Source: Lama glama (lineage: Eukaryota). Taken from it: 64,000 nt of DNA. Positions 12,474-24,434 of this stretch are shown here, one piece after another (the stretch's first letter is position 1; every line of letters begins with the position of its first letter). Both the position numbers and the translations under genes were made by a program. The notes below the pieces were generated by a model. It was not told where the DNA came from. It made no database searches and saw only the letters and a program-made list of their open reading frames with translations. The DNA is taken from assembly GCA_028534125.1 (NCBI GenBank), contig CM052816.1:91142001-91206000 (forward strand), read 5' to 3'.

Positions 12474-13411
12474 GATTAGTAGTAACATGAAGAAACTCTG
12501 CATGGGGCAGGTAGGTATATTCACCATCTTCATCATGGTGATTTTTTTTGTTGTATGCATATGTCAAAACACATCAAATTGTACGCTTTAAATATGTGCA
12601 ATTTATCATATGTCAACTATAACTCAAAGTGATGTAAAAAAGTTTAGATTCCTGCTTCTCCTGAAAAATATAAGGACCTGGCCCTGCCACCTTTGGATGG
12701 GGCAGCTGCTCTCCACTTAACTGACCCTCGTATTTCCCTATTTTTCTTGGACCAGCCTTTAAAATGTGCACATGCCTCCTTGTCTTCTAGAGATATTTGA
12801 GTTTGCAACTCCTATTTAAAAAGTAGATGGTCACATTTCCTAACAATAATGAAAAAATAAACATCAAGAATGCAATACATTCATTGGGTTGATCTTCATT
12901 TCTTTTTGTGTTCCTAATGCACAGCACAAAAGGCAGATGGTCAGCGCTCAAATCCATTCTCCCAAGTAGAACTCATGTAGAATATCAGCCCTTGATCTGC
13001 CTAGGTTAGGAGGTAAAGGGGAACAGAGTCTGGGAGAGTCTAGTAATGGGCAAGGCATTATTCCGATGGTCTGCATTCATCTCATTTATTCTTCACTGCA
13101 GCCCCAATAGATGAGGTTATTATCCCAATATGACGGATGAGGGGCTAATAGATAATAATAACTTTTTCGATGATGAGATGGCATTTAACAAATAAGTAGA
13201 GTTGATATTTTAATCCACTATTGTTTTCTGGAAAGCATGTAATTTTTGTATAAATTTGAGGTGCAAAGAATTGAAGGGAGAGAGTTACCAAACTGCAAGT
13301 CTTTGAAAACAATGACAATGGATTACTACTCGGAACTGAAAAATTGATATATGCAATAATCTGGATAAATCTCTAATTAAGTTGAGTGGGAGAAGCCAAG
13401 TTGAGTGGAGG

Positions 13412-13432
13412 GTGTGTGTGTGTGTGTGTGTG
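13412..13432. repeat. (GT)n microsatellite
   Basis: Direct GT run. Confidence 0.9.
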
Positions 13433-13618
13433 CAGGAGAAAATGTTTCCATTGCAAAGGGAAGAATAGAAACTATGAATTTATTTCACAGAGGCATTTCC
13501 CTAAGAAAAAACACCTATCAGTCAGTAAGGGAACCAAAATATTTTTGAGAAATACTAAAATGTAGCCTTTTGAAAAAAAGGTCAGTCTCCCTAAATTCTC
13601 TTCTTCCTTGTATTTCAG

Positions 13619-13756
13619 TACTGTGTGCATTTTTGTGCCCACTGTTAAAGTGTAATGATATTGGACAAAAAATATACAGCAAAATCAAGTCATTTCTGCT
13701 GAAACTAGATTTTGGAATCAGAGAATATATTAACCAGAAGAAACGCGAGAGAGCCG
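13619..13756 (+). CDS. RETREG1: RETREG1 exon 6
   Basis: tttcAG acceptor, encodes (L)[45 protein letters not shown], donor GTAGGT at 13757. 138 nt, phases match both neighbours. Confidence 0.96.
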
Positions 13757-14159
13757 GTAGGTAACATTTGAATTCTGTATTCCACGCGTGAAATGAGCCA
13801 TCAGTTGGCTATTTATTATGAAATCACCTTTAATACATTTCAAGGTGTTTCAGTCTTTTACTACATATTACGGGAGCAAATCCCTAGCCTTTTCCTATTT
13901 AAGCTTTAATTTTTTTCTCAAACATACAGAAAATCGACTTTTTGATCAGCATTGCCAGGGGAGGGAGAAAGGGCTTCAACAGTTCTGTGTTTGCTACTTA
14001 CTATTCACGTTCTCTGAATTGTTTTCTTTTGGGTGGACTCATGGAAATAACACATGATACAGGTAGCACTGAGTGTGGGAGCCATTTAAGAGGAAGGCAA
14101 AGAAAATAGAGGGAAAAGTAATGTGATACTTTTTCACTTTTTCACTTGGCTTATGACCT

Positions 14160-14346
14160 TATAGATTCGCAAACTATAGTGAGCATCCGAATCATCTCCG
14201 GAGCGTATGAAAGCACAGATTGCTGGGCACCACTTCGGAATTTCTGATTCATTTGGCCTAGGGGAGGGCCGGGGAATTTGCACTTCTAAAAGGTTCCCAG
14301 TGATGCTGATGCTGCTGGTTCCAGGACTACACTTGGTGAACTACTG
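14160..14346. mobile_element. MER5A-like hAT-Charlie MITE
   Basis: CAGATTGCTGGGC, TTTCTGATTCA, AATTTGCACTTCTAA and GTGATGCTGATGCTGCTGG...ACACTT motifs. Confidence 0.75.
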
Positions 14347-14514
14347 ACATGGACCGTTTTGCTTGGAAACCAAACATTCGCATTTATGGGCAGTTTGTCA
14401 GGTGCAAACAGTTATACAGAGGCACTGGAGAATCTGAGGAATGTGGGGTAGGGTATATAATGGGTAAAATACACTGCGTCCAGGAATCTGAAAGCTTCCA
14501 TTTTTTCTTAACAG

Positions 14515-14579
14515 AAGCAGATAAAGAAAAAAGTCACAAAGAGGATAGTGAATTAGACTTTTCCGCTCTTTGTCCTAAG
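14515..14579 (+). CDS. RETREG1: RETREG1 exon 7
   Basis: acAG acceptor, encodes (E)[21 protein letters not shown], donor GTATCT at 14580. 65 nt. Confidence 0.95.
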
Positions 14580-14816
14580 GTATCTTTTGTTTCGTTTTCC
14601 ATTTGTTCCTGTGTGGTTTGACTGTAAATTTATGTATTGCAGAACTGGAATGATTTTAATAGACTCCTCCTATTTGTCTAAGATGATTGAACAGTATTGA
14701 AAGGAAAATACCCATCTGGTGTTTATTATTCTGACATTTTTGGTGTTAGTTGGATCTTTTCAAAAGATTTCCGGCAGAAGTTTAAAACTGTGTCACTGGT
14801 ATTTGTATTAACACAG

Positions 14817-14943
14817 ATTAGCCTCACGACTGCCGCCAAAGAGTTGTCTGTGTCTGACACAGACGTGTCCGAGGTCACCTGGACGGACAATGGGACCTTC
14901 AACCTTTCAGAAGGCTACACTCCTCAGACCGACACTTCTGACG
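14817..14943 (+). CDS. RETREG1: RETREG1 exon 8
   Basis: acAG acceptor, encodes [42 protein letters not shown], donor GTATGC at 14944. 127 nt. Confidence 0.96.
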
Positions 14944-15014
14944 GTATGCCCACGCTTCTAGGTGCTCTGATTCTCGTTATTATGAGTGCATGCAAAAGTA
15001 TTTTAACTTTGTCA

Positions 15015-15410
15015 ATTGCTGAATGGACAGTGTGGGATATTTACACAATGGAATATCACTTGGCTATAAAAATGAAGAACTGACACTTTGACAACACGGA
15101 TGAACCCTGAACACGTTATGCTAGTGCAAGAAGCCAGACACCCAAGTCCACACGTTATGTAATTCCATTTATATGGAACGTCCAGAACAGGCAAATCCAT
15201 ACGACGGGAAGAAGACTAGTGACTGCCAGGGGCTGAGGCAAGAGAGGGTGGTGGGTGACTGGTAATGAATATGTTCCTCTTTGGATGATGAAAATGTTCT
15301 AGAATTACATAGTGCTGCGGTTGTAACAGCTTTGTGAATATATTAAAAACCATTTCATTGTACACTTTAAAAGGGTAAATTTTATAGTATATGAATTATA
15401 TCTCAAAAGC
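15015..15410 (+). mobile_element. Old L1M 3' end
   Basis: ACAATGGAATATCACT, GATGAACCCTGAA, CCAGAACAGGCAAATCCATA and TGTACACTTTAAAAGGGT...GAATTATATCTCAA. Confidence 0.8.
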
Positions 15411-15924
15411 CATCTTCTTTTTAAGAGTATGAGAGAAAAACTCTAAGCCAGTCAATGTCCAGACCTGCCTTTATTTTGGAAACAAATAATCGATGGTGAA
15501 AAAAATTAACTTCTGGAATGTCGGGTGGCATTACTGATAGCAGTAGTGGGAGCGGCGAGGACAGAAACTAATCCCGCGTGTTCAGGGCTGGTCCTCGGTC
15601 AGAGGGACGGTGCAAGGAGGGCAAGTTTCCTGAATCCAAAGCTGTGACTCCAGGCTTTCTCATGTTTTTCTTCCAAGTTAGTTTTTTTTTTTATTTTATT
15701 TTTAAAAATTTAGGTTAAGTACAATTTAAAGTGAAATTTGAGACAATTCTTACGCAGTAACTTAACTTTTGCTAGTCTCATTTTATTATTTCAAGTCATT
15801 TTAATGTACTGAAAAATATACTGAAAATATAAACAGATTATAATGGAGGATTATGAATAAATTGCTTTGAATATAGTTTTACAAGCAAGAACACACCTTC
15901 TTTTCCTTGAGGAAGGGGGAAGGC

Positions 15925-16100
15925 TGTGTAGTCTTGAAAAAATACAGATTTGGAGATTGGAAGACCCAGGTGTAGCCTTGCCTTTGTCATTAACTTACTG
16001 TGTGACCTTGAACAAATGACATAATTTTGTGGACCTCAATTTCCTCATCTTTAAAGTGTATTAGAACAACAGGATCACTGAAGTCTTCTCAAGCTCTTTA
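15925..16100 (+). mobile_element. MIR-family SINE fragment
   Basis: MIR core ACTGTGTGACCTTGAACAA...CCTCAATTTCCTCATCT. Confidence 0.65.
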
Positions 16101-16234
16101 AGTTGTAAACGTCTACGAGACCAGGATAAATAACAAACCCTCTGTTCTTAAGCCCCCCATCTCAGATTTACACAAAAGGAGCAATGATAATCGCATCCAT
16201 GTAGAAGGCTTTCATTACTTAAACTGAAGAATTT

Positions 16235-16372
16235 GGGGAGGGTACAGCTCAGTGGTAGAGCGTGTGCTTAGCATGCACAAGGTCCTGGGTTCAATCCCCA
16301 GTACCTCCATTAAAATAAGCAAATAAACAAAAATAATTACCTCCTCCCCCACCCCCACCCCCCAAAAAACAG
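16235..16372 (+). mobile_element. tRNA-derived camelid SINE (vic-1-like)
   Basis: GGGGAGGGTACAGCTCAGTGGTAGAGCG (A box) and GGTTCAATCCCC (B box), then an A/C-rich tail. 15-bp TSD TTAA(A/C)CTGAAGAATT at 16219-16233 and 16373-16387. Confidence 0.9.
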
Positions 16373-17142
16373 TTAACCTGAAGAATTCAAATCTGTTGTA
16401 AAGCGTTAACTGTTATGCTGATTTGCTGTGAAAAGTGAAAAGCAATAAAATCACCATCTACCTACTAACCTGACATTGCTTTCAAATATCCCAAAGCTTA
16501 AAGTGTTTCTATATATGTTCAAGACCTGAGTTTGGTTAAAGTGGTATGGTTAGGTACAGCTGTATTCATGGAAATCCAGATGTTTCCATAAGCTCTTAGG
16601 TTGAATATGGAACAGAAGGAGCAATAGCTTCTTTTAATTCACTGCTTTAAACAAACACAGTTACAGATACTCAGATAGATTTCCATGAATGAAGATGCGA
16701 AGGCTGGGTGATACTCACCATCTGCTGGACCAAAACCTATGAAAACGTCCAACTGAAAATTTTTAAATTTTAGATTATACACATTCACATTGGCTTAAGA
16801 ACAAATTCCCTCCCCAAGAGCAAGATGAAATTTCGGTGAATATTTAAAACTCTAGTCAGAGCCTCAGCTCTGATAGGTTGAATTGTAAGTCATCAGCATT
16901 TGTGTTTAAGAGGAAACTAAGGACACGGAGGAATGTAGTGTTTGTGTACGTGTGGAGAGACAGTATCCCAGTTGGGGGAGGGGTCCGATGTGTGGTTAAG
17001 ATGACTGAAGCTGAGCCAGGAGGCCAGCTGAACACCAGGGTTGCCCAGAGGATTCGGACCCAAGTCAGGGATCTTGCAGACAGCGCTCTTATTTCCAGTG
17101 TATTTCGTGCTTAAGTATAAACTTCTGTTTTGTGCTTCACAG

Positions 17143-17636
17143 ATCTCGACCGACCTAGTGAGGAAGTTTTCTCTCGAGACCTTTCAGATTTTCCCTCTCT
17201 AGAAAATGGCACGGGAACAAATGATGAAGATGAATTAAGCCTTGGCTTGCCCACTGAGCTCAGGAGGAAAAAGGAACAGCTGGACAGTGGTCCCAGGCCG
17301 AGCAAAGAGAGGCAGTCAGCGGCTGGTCTCACCCTTCCCCTGGGCAGTGACCAGACCTTTCACTTGATGAGCAACCTGGCTGGGGATGTCATCACTGCCG
17401 CAGTGACCGCAGCTATCAAAGACCAGTTAGGGGGCGTGCAGCACACACTGTCGCAGGCTGCACCCAGCCTGGGGGAGGACACAGACACGGAAGAAGGTGA
17501 TGACTTTGAACTACTTGACCAGTCAGAGCTCGATCAAATTGAGAGTGAACTGGGACTTTCACAAGACGAGGAGGAAGAAGCCCAGCAAAACAGGAAGTCT
17601 TCGGGCTTCCTTTCAAACCTGCTTGGAGGCCATTAG
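17143..17636 (+). CDS. RETREG1: RETREG1 terminal coding exon 9 (acidic tail with LIR motif)
   Basis: cacAG acceptor, encodes (D)[22 protein letters not shown]...[23 protein letters not shown]...[15 protein letters not shown] at 17634-17636. Confidence 0.97.
17499..17516 (+). other. RETREG1: LC3/GABARAP-interacting region (LIR) DDFELL of RETREG1
   Basis: GAT GAC TTT GAA CTA CTT = DDFELL, the established FAM134-family LIR, intact. Confidence 0.93.
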
Positions 17637-17904
17637 TCTGGGAATCAGCTTGCACAACAGAGCACAGATAAACTACCAAAACATTTCAAACAAGCAAAAA
17701 AAGAAAAAAAAAAAAGGAAAAAAAATCTTTTTGAACTGTGAGCTTTACTGATTACTTTAGAATTTTTGGATCTTTTTTTTCCCTTCTGCAGTGAATTAAT
17801 TGGATATATATCAGCTGACCACTGATAGAGTGATATTTCTGATAGTTATTTTTATGTAATGAGCATGGAAATGAACTTTATATATGTGTGTATGTATGTG
17901 TGTA

Positions 17905-17936
<32 letters not shown>

Positions 17937-19650
17937 CATGTATATATATATATACATACCGTGTTGTCAGAGTTGAATATTAGAGGTTGTTTTTAAAGCA
18001 AAAAGAAAACACTCAATTATTGAGATCCTCCCAAAAGTATTCCTTATTTTTTCTTCACAGTTAATTTTTCAAGCATGCAAAAACAGCTTATTGTAACTTA
18101 CTGAAATGTTAACAGTTAATTGTGAATACATGCTATATCAACTCCATTGTTCCTAATACCTGAAACCATAAAAAGACAAAAATGACCAAGGTCTCTTTAG
18201 TTGAAAGACTTGGGAGAGACTACCAAAATTAATTTCCTAGGAAAAATTAAAAGAATATATTTAACCACTTTGAATAGGCTGGTACATTTCCATGTGATTT
18301 CTGCAGTTACAGACCTTAGGTTTCCCTGTAAATGACACGCCCCACGGACTGCCAGCTCTAGCCTAGCAGTGGGTGCTATTAACCCACAGCAAGTAATCAA
18401 GTATCATGTAGACGGTGGGTGGTTTTGATGTAAACAGAGATTGGGCTGTGCTTTGTTGTTCAGTTGTCATATATTTGTAACAGGGATGTTGTAAGCGCAG
18501 ATCTATTCTATCTGTTCAGAACTAGGTTAAATCCTGATCTGTCATATATTATGTCATGGAAAAAGTCTCTTAAAACTGTGCAAATAGCTCTTGATGTGTT
18601 CTAAGAGTGATGTGATATCGGCAGTAGAGAAACAGTAACTGTTTTTGAAGTCTGCGTAGACTCTCCTACTGGAGGGAGACCTGCTCGGCTTTCAAGTGTA
18701 TTCATTTGCCATTGAAGTCTAAATCTGTAGTCTGTTTCGTTTTAGGAAGCCAGGATATATTTTTCCTTTATTTTAAACTTCTGAGATGACTTTTAAATAA
18801 CCAAATTTGACAGGTTGTTAACAAAGGACTCAAGAGCAGACATCAGGCTAGTTTTGTTTTTGTGATAGAAACATTGAATCGTGTTGAGGGACCATGTCAG
18901 CAACTACCAGCCATCTCTTCAATCTTCAGGTACAGCTGGCATTTGGACAGATGCGTACAGACATCTGAGGCCCTCAGAAAGGAAGGATTGTCCCAGAATA
19001 TAGGAAATCTGTGGTCCCCTCCCTTCATTTTATCCCTTTCTTGCTATTTCTAAAGACTAATGATAGGTCCTCTGACATTTTAATGTAGCATCTCTTATTT
19101 ATTTTTTTCTTTCTGAGGTATTAAAATATCTAGATGGAACTTTGCCAAATGTTAAAGGGGAGAAGTAACTGAAGACTCTGAACACCTGCTTTTCGTGATT
19201 GACTCTGTTTCTGTGTCATTAGTGCCTCATGACTGTGTGTGATGTCCTTTAAAGTGAGCCTGTGCCTTCATTATCTTGCCTGTTTTGGTACAAATGAAAA
19301 TCTGGTGTTAGATCTATGAACTGTGTGGGTTTGGGAGGGACATATCTGAATTCTATTCAGTAAGAGTTTCTGGACATGAAGAAAAATACAGTCACATATT
19401 TATAAAGTAGTTTGTCACCAGGTTTTTTTTTTTTTGATGTGTATGTTTCTTCATTTAAAAATATTCTTGGCCATGAAGTAAAGAAGTATAAAGGTATTTT
19501 TAGTTTCTTCTTTGAGGGGAAAACAAGAAGTTGAATAATTCAAGTAATTAAAGAATATGTTACAAGTCACTGGACACGCTTACAAAGAGGCAAACTCAAG
19601 ACTTGATGGTATGAACAATAAAGCTAGAATCGAATGTTATAAACTCTAAA
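17637..19650 (+). other. RETREG1: RETREG1 3' UTR (3' end uncertain)
   Basis: AU-rich, repeat-poor sequence after the stop. Candidate polyA signals ATTAAA 18246-18251, ATTAAA 19120-19125 and AATAAA 19617-19622. The site actually used cannot be determined from sequence. Confidence 0.55.
17880..17958. repeat. Compound (TG)/(TA)n microsatellite in the RETREG1 3' UTR
   Basis: TA runs interrupted by CA/TG. Confidence 0.9.
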
Positions 19651-21209
19651 TTAAGAGCAACTTGGGGATGGGGAGGTTGGTAGGGTAGAAAAATGTGTTG
19701 CCAGTTCCACAGGGGAGATATACCAGCTCTCTGTGGACAGCAGCTTTAAAACCACACATGCACTTCAATAGTATTTGTTCAAGAACATACGTGATTATAA
19801 ATTTACACAATGCAATAATGGTACTCTTAATTCTATCACACATAGGGATGTTGAGAGGTTTGTTTTCAGTGTGTGTAGTTTTTGGGGGGGGGGAACATTA
19901 CATGTAGTCCTATCTCTGGTGTACTAACAATGAATCCTATGATTGATCCAGTACAGTGGGAAATTACATATCCCGTACCGTGAGAATTTATGCAGTCATT
20001 AAAATATGAAGCATGGATTTTATTCTTAATTATAGAGGAGCTGTAGAAAGATGTTTTGTTCACATTCGGTAGAAAATGCTGAGCAAAATCATATAATGGG
20101 AAAAGCATACACTGATCCTGCATTTTGGTCTGAAACAGTAAAGCAGGGCTCAAGTTCAAGCTTGTTTTGGAAGGCCAACTCAGTGTTTATATTCTCATTC
20201 TGAAACGTCTTTACTCTTTTCTTACCCTAAAAACTTCATAATTTTTTTTAAACAAAACTACCCCTCCCCAGTTGAGTGGAATATTAGGAGAAGAAACTTT
20301 TATGACGTTTGGCAATTGGCAAACATCTTGAACCCACAGAGGCATCTCACTCTTACATTTGAAACAAGTGGCAAGTGCCAGTATACTGCTGATCTTAGGC
20401 CAGGAGCAAGTCTTCATTTAAGAGGACAGTGATGTAGAAGTTTTCCTCTTCTGTTTAAAACTTAGGTGGATGTAGTTCCCTACACTGCTCCAGCGATGTC
20501 AGTTACAAGTAGGACATGATCTGGAAAACTTTCATTCAACTACTGTTGTCAGAGGTCGTGTGTATCATGAACACAAAGTCCCTGAACTGTATTTCTGTGT
20601 ATTACTCCTCCCTTTCCGCTGCAGCATTTAAGTTAGGATAGGATGTCAGAATTAGGAGTTCTAGTTCTGTTGGTAATATTATGGCTGTAAGACACAATGT
20701 CAAGTCACAATAACACCCCAAAACCACCACCTCAGTCTCCCCAGACATAAAATTAGGAAGCTATTTCTCTCACACAGGGATGTTTTGAGAATGAATGAAA
20801 GAAAAAAAAGTGTCTGAAGCCCTTTCAGGGGAAAAAAAGCTGTATAAAACTAAGATAGTGATTTTTTCCTTTTTCAGCTAAGCCATCTTTTTGAACATTA
20901 AAAAGAAAATTCAATGAAGTACATGCTTACAGAAAAAATTCAAAGTTTCTTTTAATGGGCCTGTCCCATATTGGCCTCATAATCTAATAAATAGAGTGGA
21001 ATAAGAGGATGGAAAGGTTGGAAAATTGTCTATTATTTCACTTGACTCTGAAACATCTGTAAGGTTCAAAATGGCTAATGAATGATTCTAACATGTACCG
21101 GCTGTGGGACTTCAAGTCACCGAACCTATCTGTACCTGCTTCCTTCATCTATAAAATTAGGATAAAGGCACCTACCTCACAGCATGTCATAAGAATTAAA
21201 CGTCGAAGA

Positions 21210-21544
21210 CCGGGGTTGGCAAATTGCTGCCCATGAGCCAAACTGGGCCTGCAGCCTGTTTTTATGGGACACTAGTGAAAAGTGATTTTTAAAATATTTT
21301 TAAATAGTTCAAAAAAAATGAATATTTTATGACATACGAAAAAGATAATGAAATTTAAACTTCAGTATCCATAGGTAGTGATTTACTACCTATGGATAGG
21401 AGAGGGCCGCACTCAGTTATGTTCTGTCTATGCCGAGTCTGATGCTCTTAACAGAGAAGCTGAATGGTTATGACAGAGAACATAGGCTACAGAACCTAAA
21501 ATAGTTCCTATCTGTCCCTTTATAGGAAAAGTCTGCCAATCCTC
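21210..21544. mobile_element. MER58-like hAT-Charlie MITE, adjacent to a MIR fragment at ~21100-21200
   Basis: Terminal inverted repeats CCGGGGTTGGCAAA and TCTGCCAATCCT, with internal CCTAAAATAGTT..CTATCTG.CCCTTTA. Confidence 0.75.
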
Positions 21545-22954
21545 AGTCTAACATAATAGAAAACTGTCACAGTTAGGATTGTGTGTAATCCTCATGCCTC
21601 TACAATTAAGTGGTATTAAGGGCATTTTTCAGAAGGAGGGGGTCAAATAAATTGTCCAGAGTCACATAACTACTAAGAGGAAGAGCCACTTTGACCCCAA
21701 AGCCTGTTCTCTTTCTAATATGTCACCTTACCTAATGTTTTTTGGTTTTTTAAAATACATTAAGAATGATAATTATAACAGTTTAACAGAATTTCACTAA
21801 ATATTAAAGAATGATTTTTTAATTTAGTTTTTTCTTTTTTTCAAAGAATTCACATGCCAGCTGACCCAAACTATTTTAAATGCTGCAATAACCAAATTTT
21901 GCTATAAACTTCAATCCCTTGTTAAGAAAACTTTGCATATCTAGATATCTAAAAACTAAGAGGTAGTAAAATGTTTTTAAATGGTTTATTCAAAATCATA
22001 ATGCTTTACTTAACATTTTTATGAACACGAAATTCATAGAAGTTGTAAACCACTTAATAAATGTATGTCAGTTTTGCAGTCTATATTTACTACCCCCTAA
22101 AATTTAATCTCAACTAACCCAATCACCTTTATACTTATCCCTTTAAAAATCATTGCCCCTGCAATATAGGAATATGGAAAGTAGTATCAATTGACTGGAA
22201 GGTGACCTGATTAGCTTTTATCTTAAACTTTGTAATTATCAAAGATCACCATCCCAGTGTCATCCAAGCTGAAAAAGAACATCCTCGTGGGTACTGTCAC
22301 TGTGCACAGTAACTTCAGTAATTTGGTAATTAAGCAAATTATTTTAAGGGCTATGTCACAGTATCCAGAAGGAATTCTAATTTCCATTATTTTCAAATCT
22401 AAAATTTTGATCATGGGCAAACTCATTCTTCTTTGGAAGAATGACTGATTTGGTAATAAACATTCTTGATAGCATTACCAGCAGAGGTTAGACACATTAA
22501 CATACTGCTCTAGATATGCTGTGGAGAAATTCACCTCAAAAGTCTCTTGGTCAGTGGGCTTGCATTTACCGAGGAGCTACTGGCTCTAGCCCGGTTCCTT
22601 TCTGGTATTTCTCCAATCAGTTCCAGATACTGCTGCTGGATCTACTCAAGGCCCAGGTCTATTCCTGATGCCCATAAAAACGGAAACACTTTCAGGGTCC
22701 TACTGTTTACCAGCTGAAAAACGAACAGCCAACTCTAGAATTCAACTCTTTACCCAGTGATACCTTTACTTCCCTGTCCTCTTTCCCCTTCTTTCCCTGT
22801 ACCTTTTCCCTCACACAAACCAGACCTGCACTCTTCCTGAATATGCCCTTATTTCCCTCCATCCACTGTATCTCTTCTACCTGCTCCACCCCACTTTATC
22901 CACTTTCCCCTCCTCAGGACCCATTGCAATGTCAACTCCTTAATGAAAACTTTT

Positions 22955-23003
22955 AATTTAACTATAGTTGATTTACAGTATTGTATTAATTTCAGGTATA
23001 CAG
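22955..23003 (-). mobile_element. Extremely truncated (49 bp) L1 3' tip
   Basis: TATAGTTGATTTACA matches the L1 tail at 49676. Perfect 11-bp TSD TGAAAACTTTT at 22944-22954 and 23004-23014. Confidence 0.8.
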
Positions 23004-23199
23004 TGAAAACTTTTCTGATCTCCCTGATAACATTTTTCTATTCTAAATACTCATTGCCCCTTTCTTTGTATTTCATTGTACTTGACTCCATTTTTATTGT
23101 ATTAGTTAATTGTGTAGTTCTTACCATCCTTAACAAGTCAGAAAAATCTCCTTGAAGACAGGGGTGTTTTAATTTAAAACCAATAGGATATTATATAGT

Positions 23200-23790
23200 G
23201 TGATATTGTGATTTATAGTAAGGTAGAGATATTTGGTCTTTGTCCCATTCCTGGCACAGAGTTCCTAAAACCCTTGAAAGATCTTAAGTGATGAGAGTGA
23301 TAAAAAGTGTCTTTTCTTACGTTGATGAGGTGACTTTTGTAAAGCCCCTAGGTAGCCTGGCTGAGAGGGTGTCCCAACCAGAACTCCAGGGGGACAGAAT
23401 CTCCTGTGTTTGGAGACCTCCTGACCTCACCCTATGTATCTCCTTATATGGCTGTTCATCATTTACATCCTTTAATATCCTTTGTAATAAACTGGCAATC
23501 TAGTAAATAGTTTCCAGAGTTCTGTGAGCTGCTCTAGTAAATTAATCGAACCTGAGGAGGGGATCATGGAAACCTCTGATTTACAGCTAATTGTTCAGAA
23601 GCACACATAACACTAGACTTGGAGTCGGGTTCTGAAGTGGAACTACTCTTGAGGGACTGAACACCTAACCTGTGGGACCTGACATCATCTCCAGGTAGAT
23701 AGTGTTAGAATTGAGTTAACTGGAGGACACCCAGCTGGTGCTGCACAATTGCTTGGTAGTCTAGAAAAAAACAAAACAAAACACACACAC
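23200..23790 (+). mobile_element. MER21-like LTR
   Basis: Starts TGTGATATTGTGA...ATATTTGGTCTT...CCTGGCACAGAG.TCCTAAAACCCTTG. Internal TGTAATAAAC, TTCTGTGAGCTGCTCTAG and CTCCAGGTAGATAGTGT.AGAATTGA. Confidence 0.75.
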
Positions 23791-24434
23791 GTATTCCTGG
23801 AGATAGCATGGTGGAGAGGCTTTAAGAGATAATGAAAACCAGACAAAGAAATTTAAACTTCATCTGTGGGCAACAGACAACCATTCTGGAACTACATGAG
23901 GGACACAAGAGGAAATATGGTTGAGGAGAATTAGTGTGGTTATCTCTGTGCTGCAGGGTAGACCAAGAGGGAAGAGAAGGCTCTCTCAGAGATTGCAGTA
24001 GAACTGCAGTCCACTGGAAAATTAATATGGTGGAGAAAACAATGTCCCTTTGAAGACAGTAAGTAAGGAAACTGGAGAGTTCAAAGATGCCGAAATGGGT
24101 CATGGGAACGGATTAGAGAAGGCAGGAAGAAAATTATGAATTGTGGGGGAACACGTTCAGACCACAGCAGTAAAGGGTCTGAATTTTATTCTGAGTCAGG
24201 GGAAGCACCAGAGGATTTTGAGGAAGGAGAGCAATACGATTTGACCTGCATTTTAAAAAACATCTTTATCTTCTTTGGTGCCCTGGGTCACTTGGACTCT
24301 AAACATGCAACCGCTCAGTTCTGAAACAGGCTGACTGGTTCAGCAAGGCTGTGCAGATGAGTGTAAGAATTCCCTAAGCCTTTAACATCATGCTTCCTGT
24401 ACAACTGAATTACCACCTATGAAACAACAGAGGT

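Larger units (their letters stand above)
11450..12640 (+). mobile_element. Old L1M 3' region, interrupted by an LTR
   Basis: Degenerate L1 ORF2 end and 3' UTR motifs (AATTAAAACCCCAATGAGA, GACCCAGCCATTCCAC, ATGTCCATCAA, TTGTACGCTTTAAATATGTGC) on both sides of the LTR. Confidence 0.75.

Noticed and set aside
14697..15083. 128-aa ORF, and similar ORFs around RETREG1 exons 4, 6 and 7
   Set aside because: Only the splice-site-bounded cores match RETREG1; the flanks are intron or L1 sequence.
16235..16305. tRNA-like sequence with A and B boxes
   Set aside because: It continues into an A/C-rich tail, is flanked by a TSD and has a diverged second copy at 10101-10229. It is a SINE, not a tRNA gene.
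17695..17725. A-rich tract after the RETREG1 stop as a sign of a processed pseudogene
   Set aside because: The gene has introns and intact exons; this is a genomic A-run in the 3' UTR and a possible oligo-dT mispriming site.
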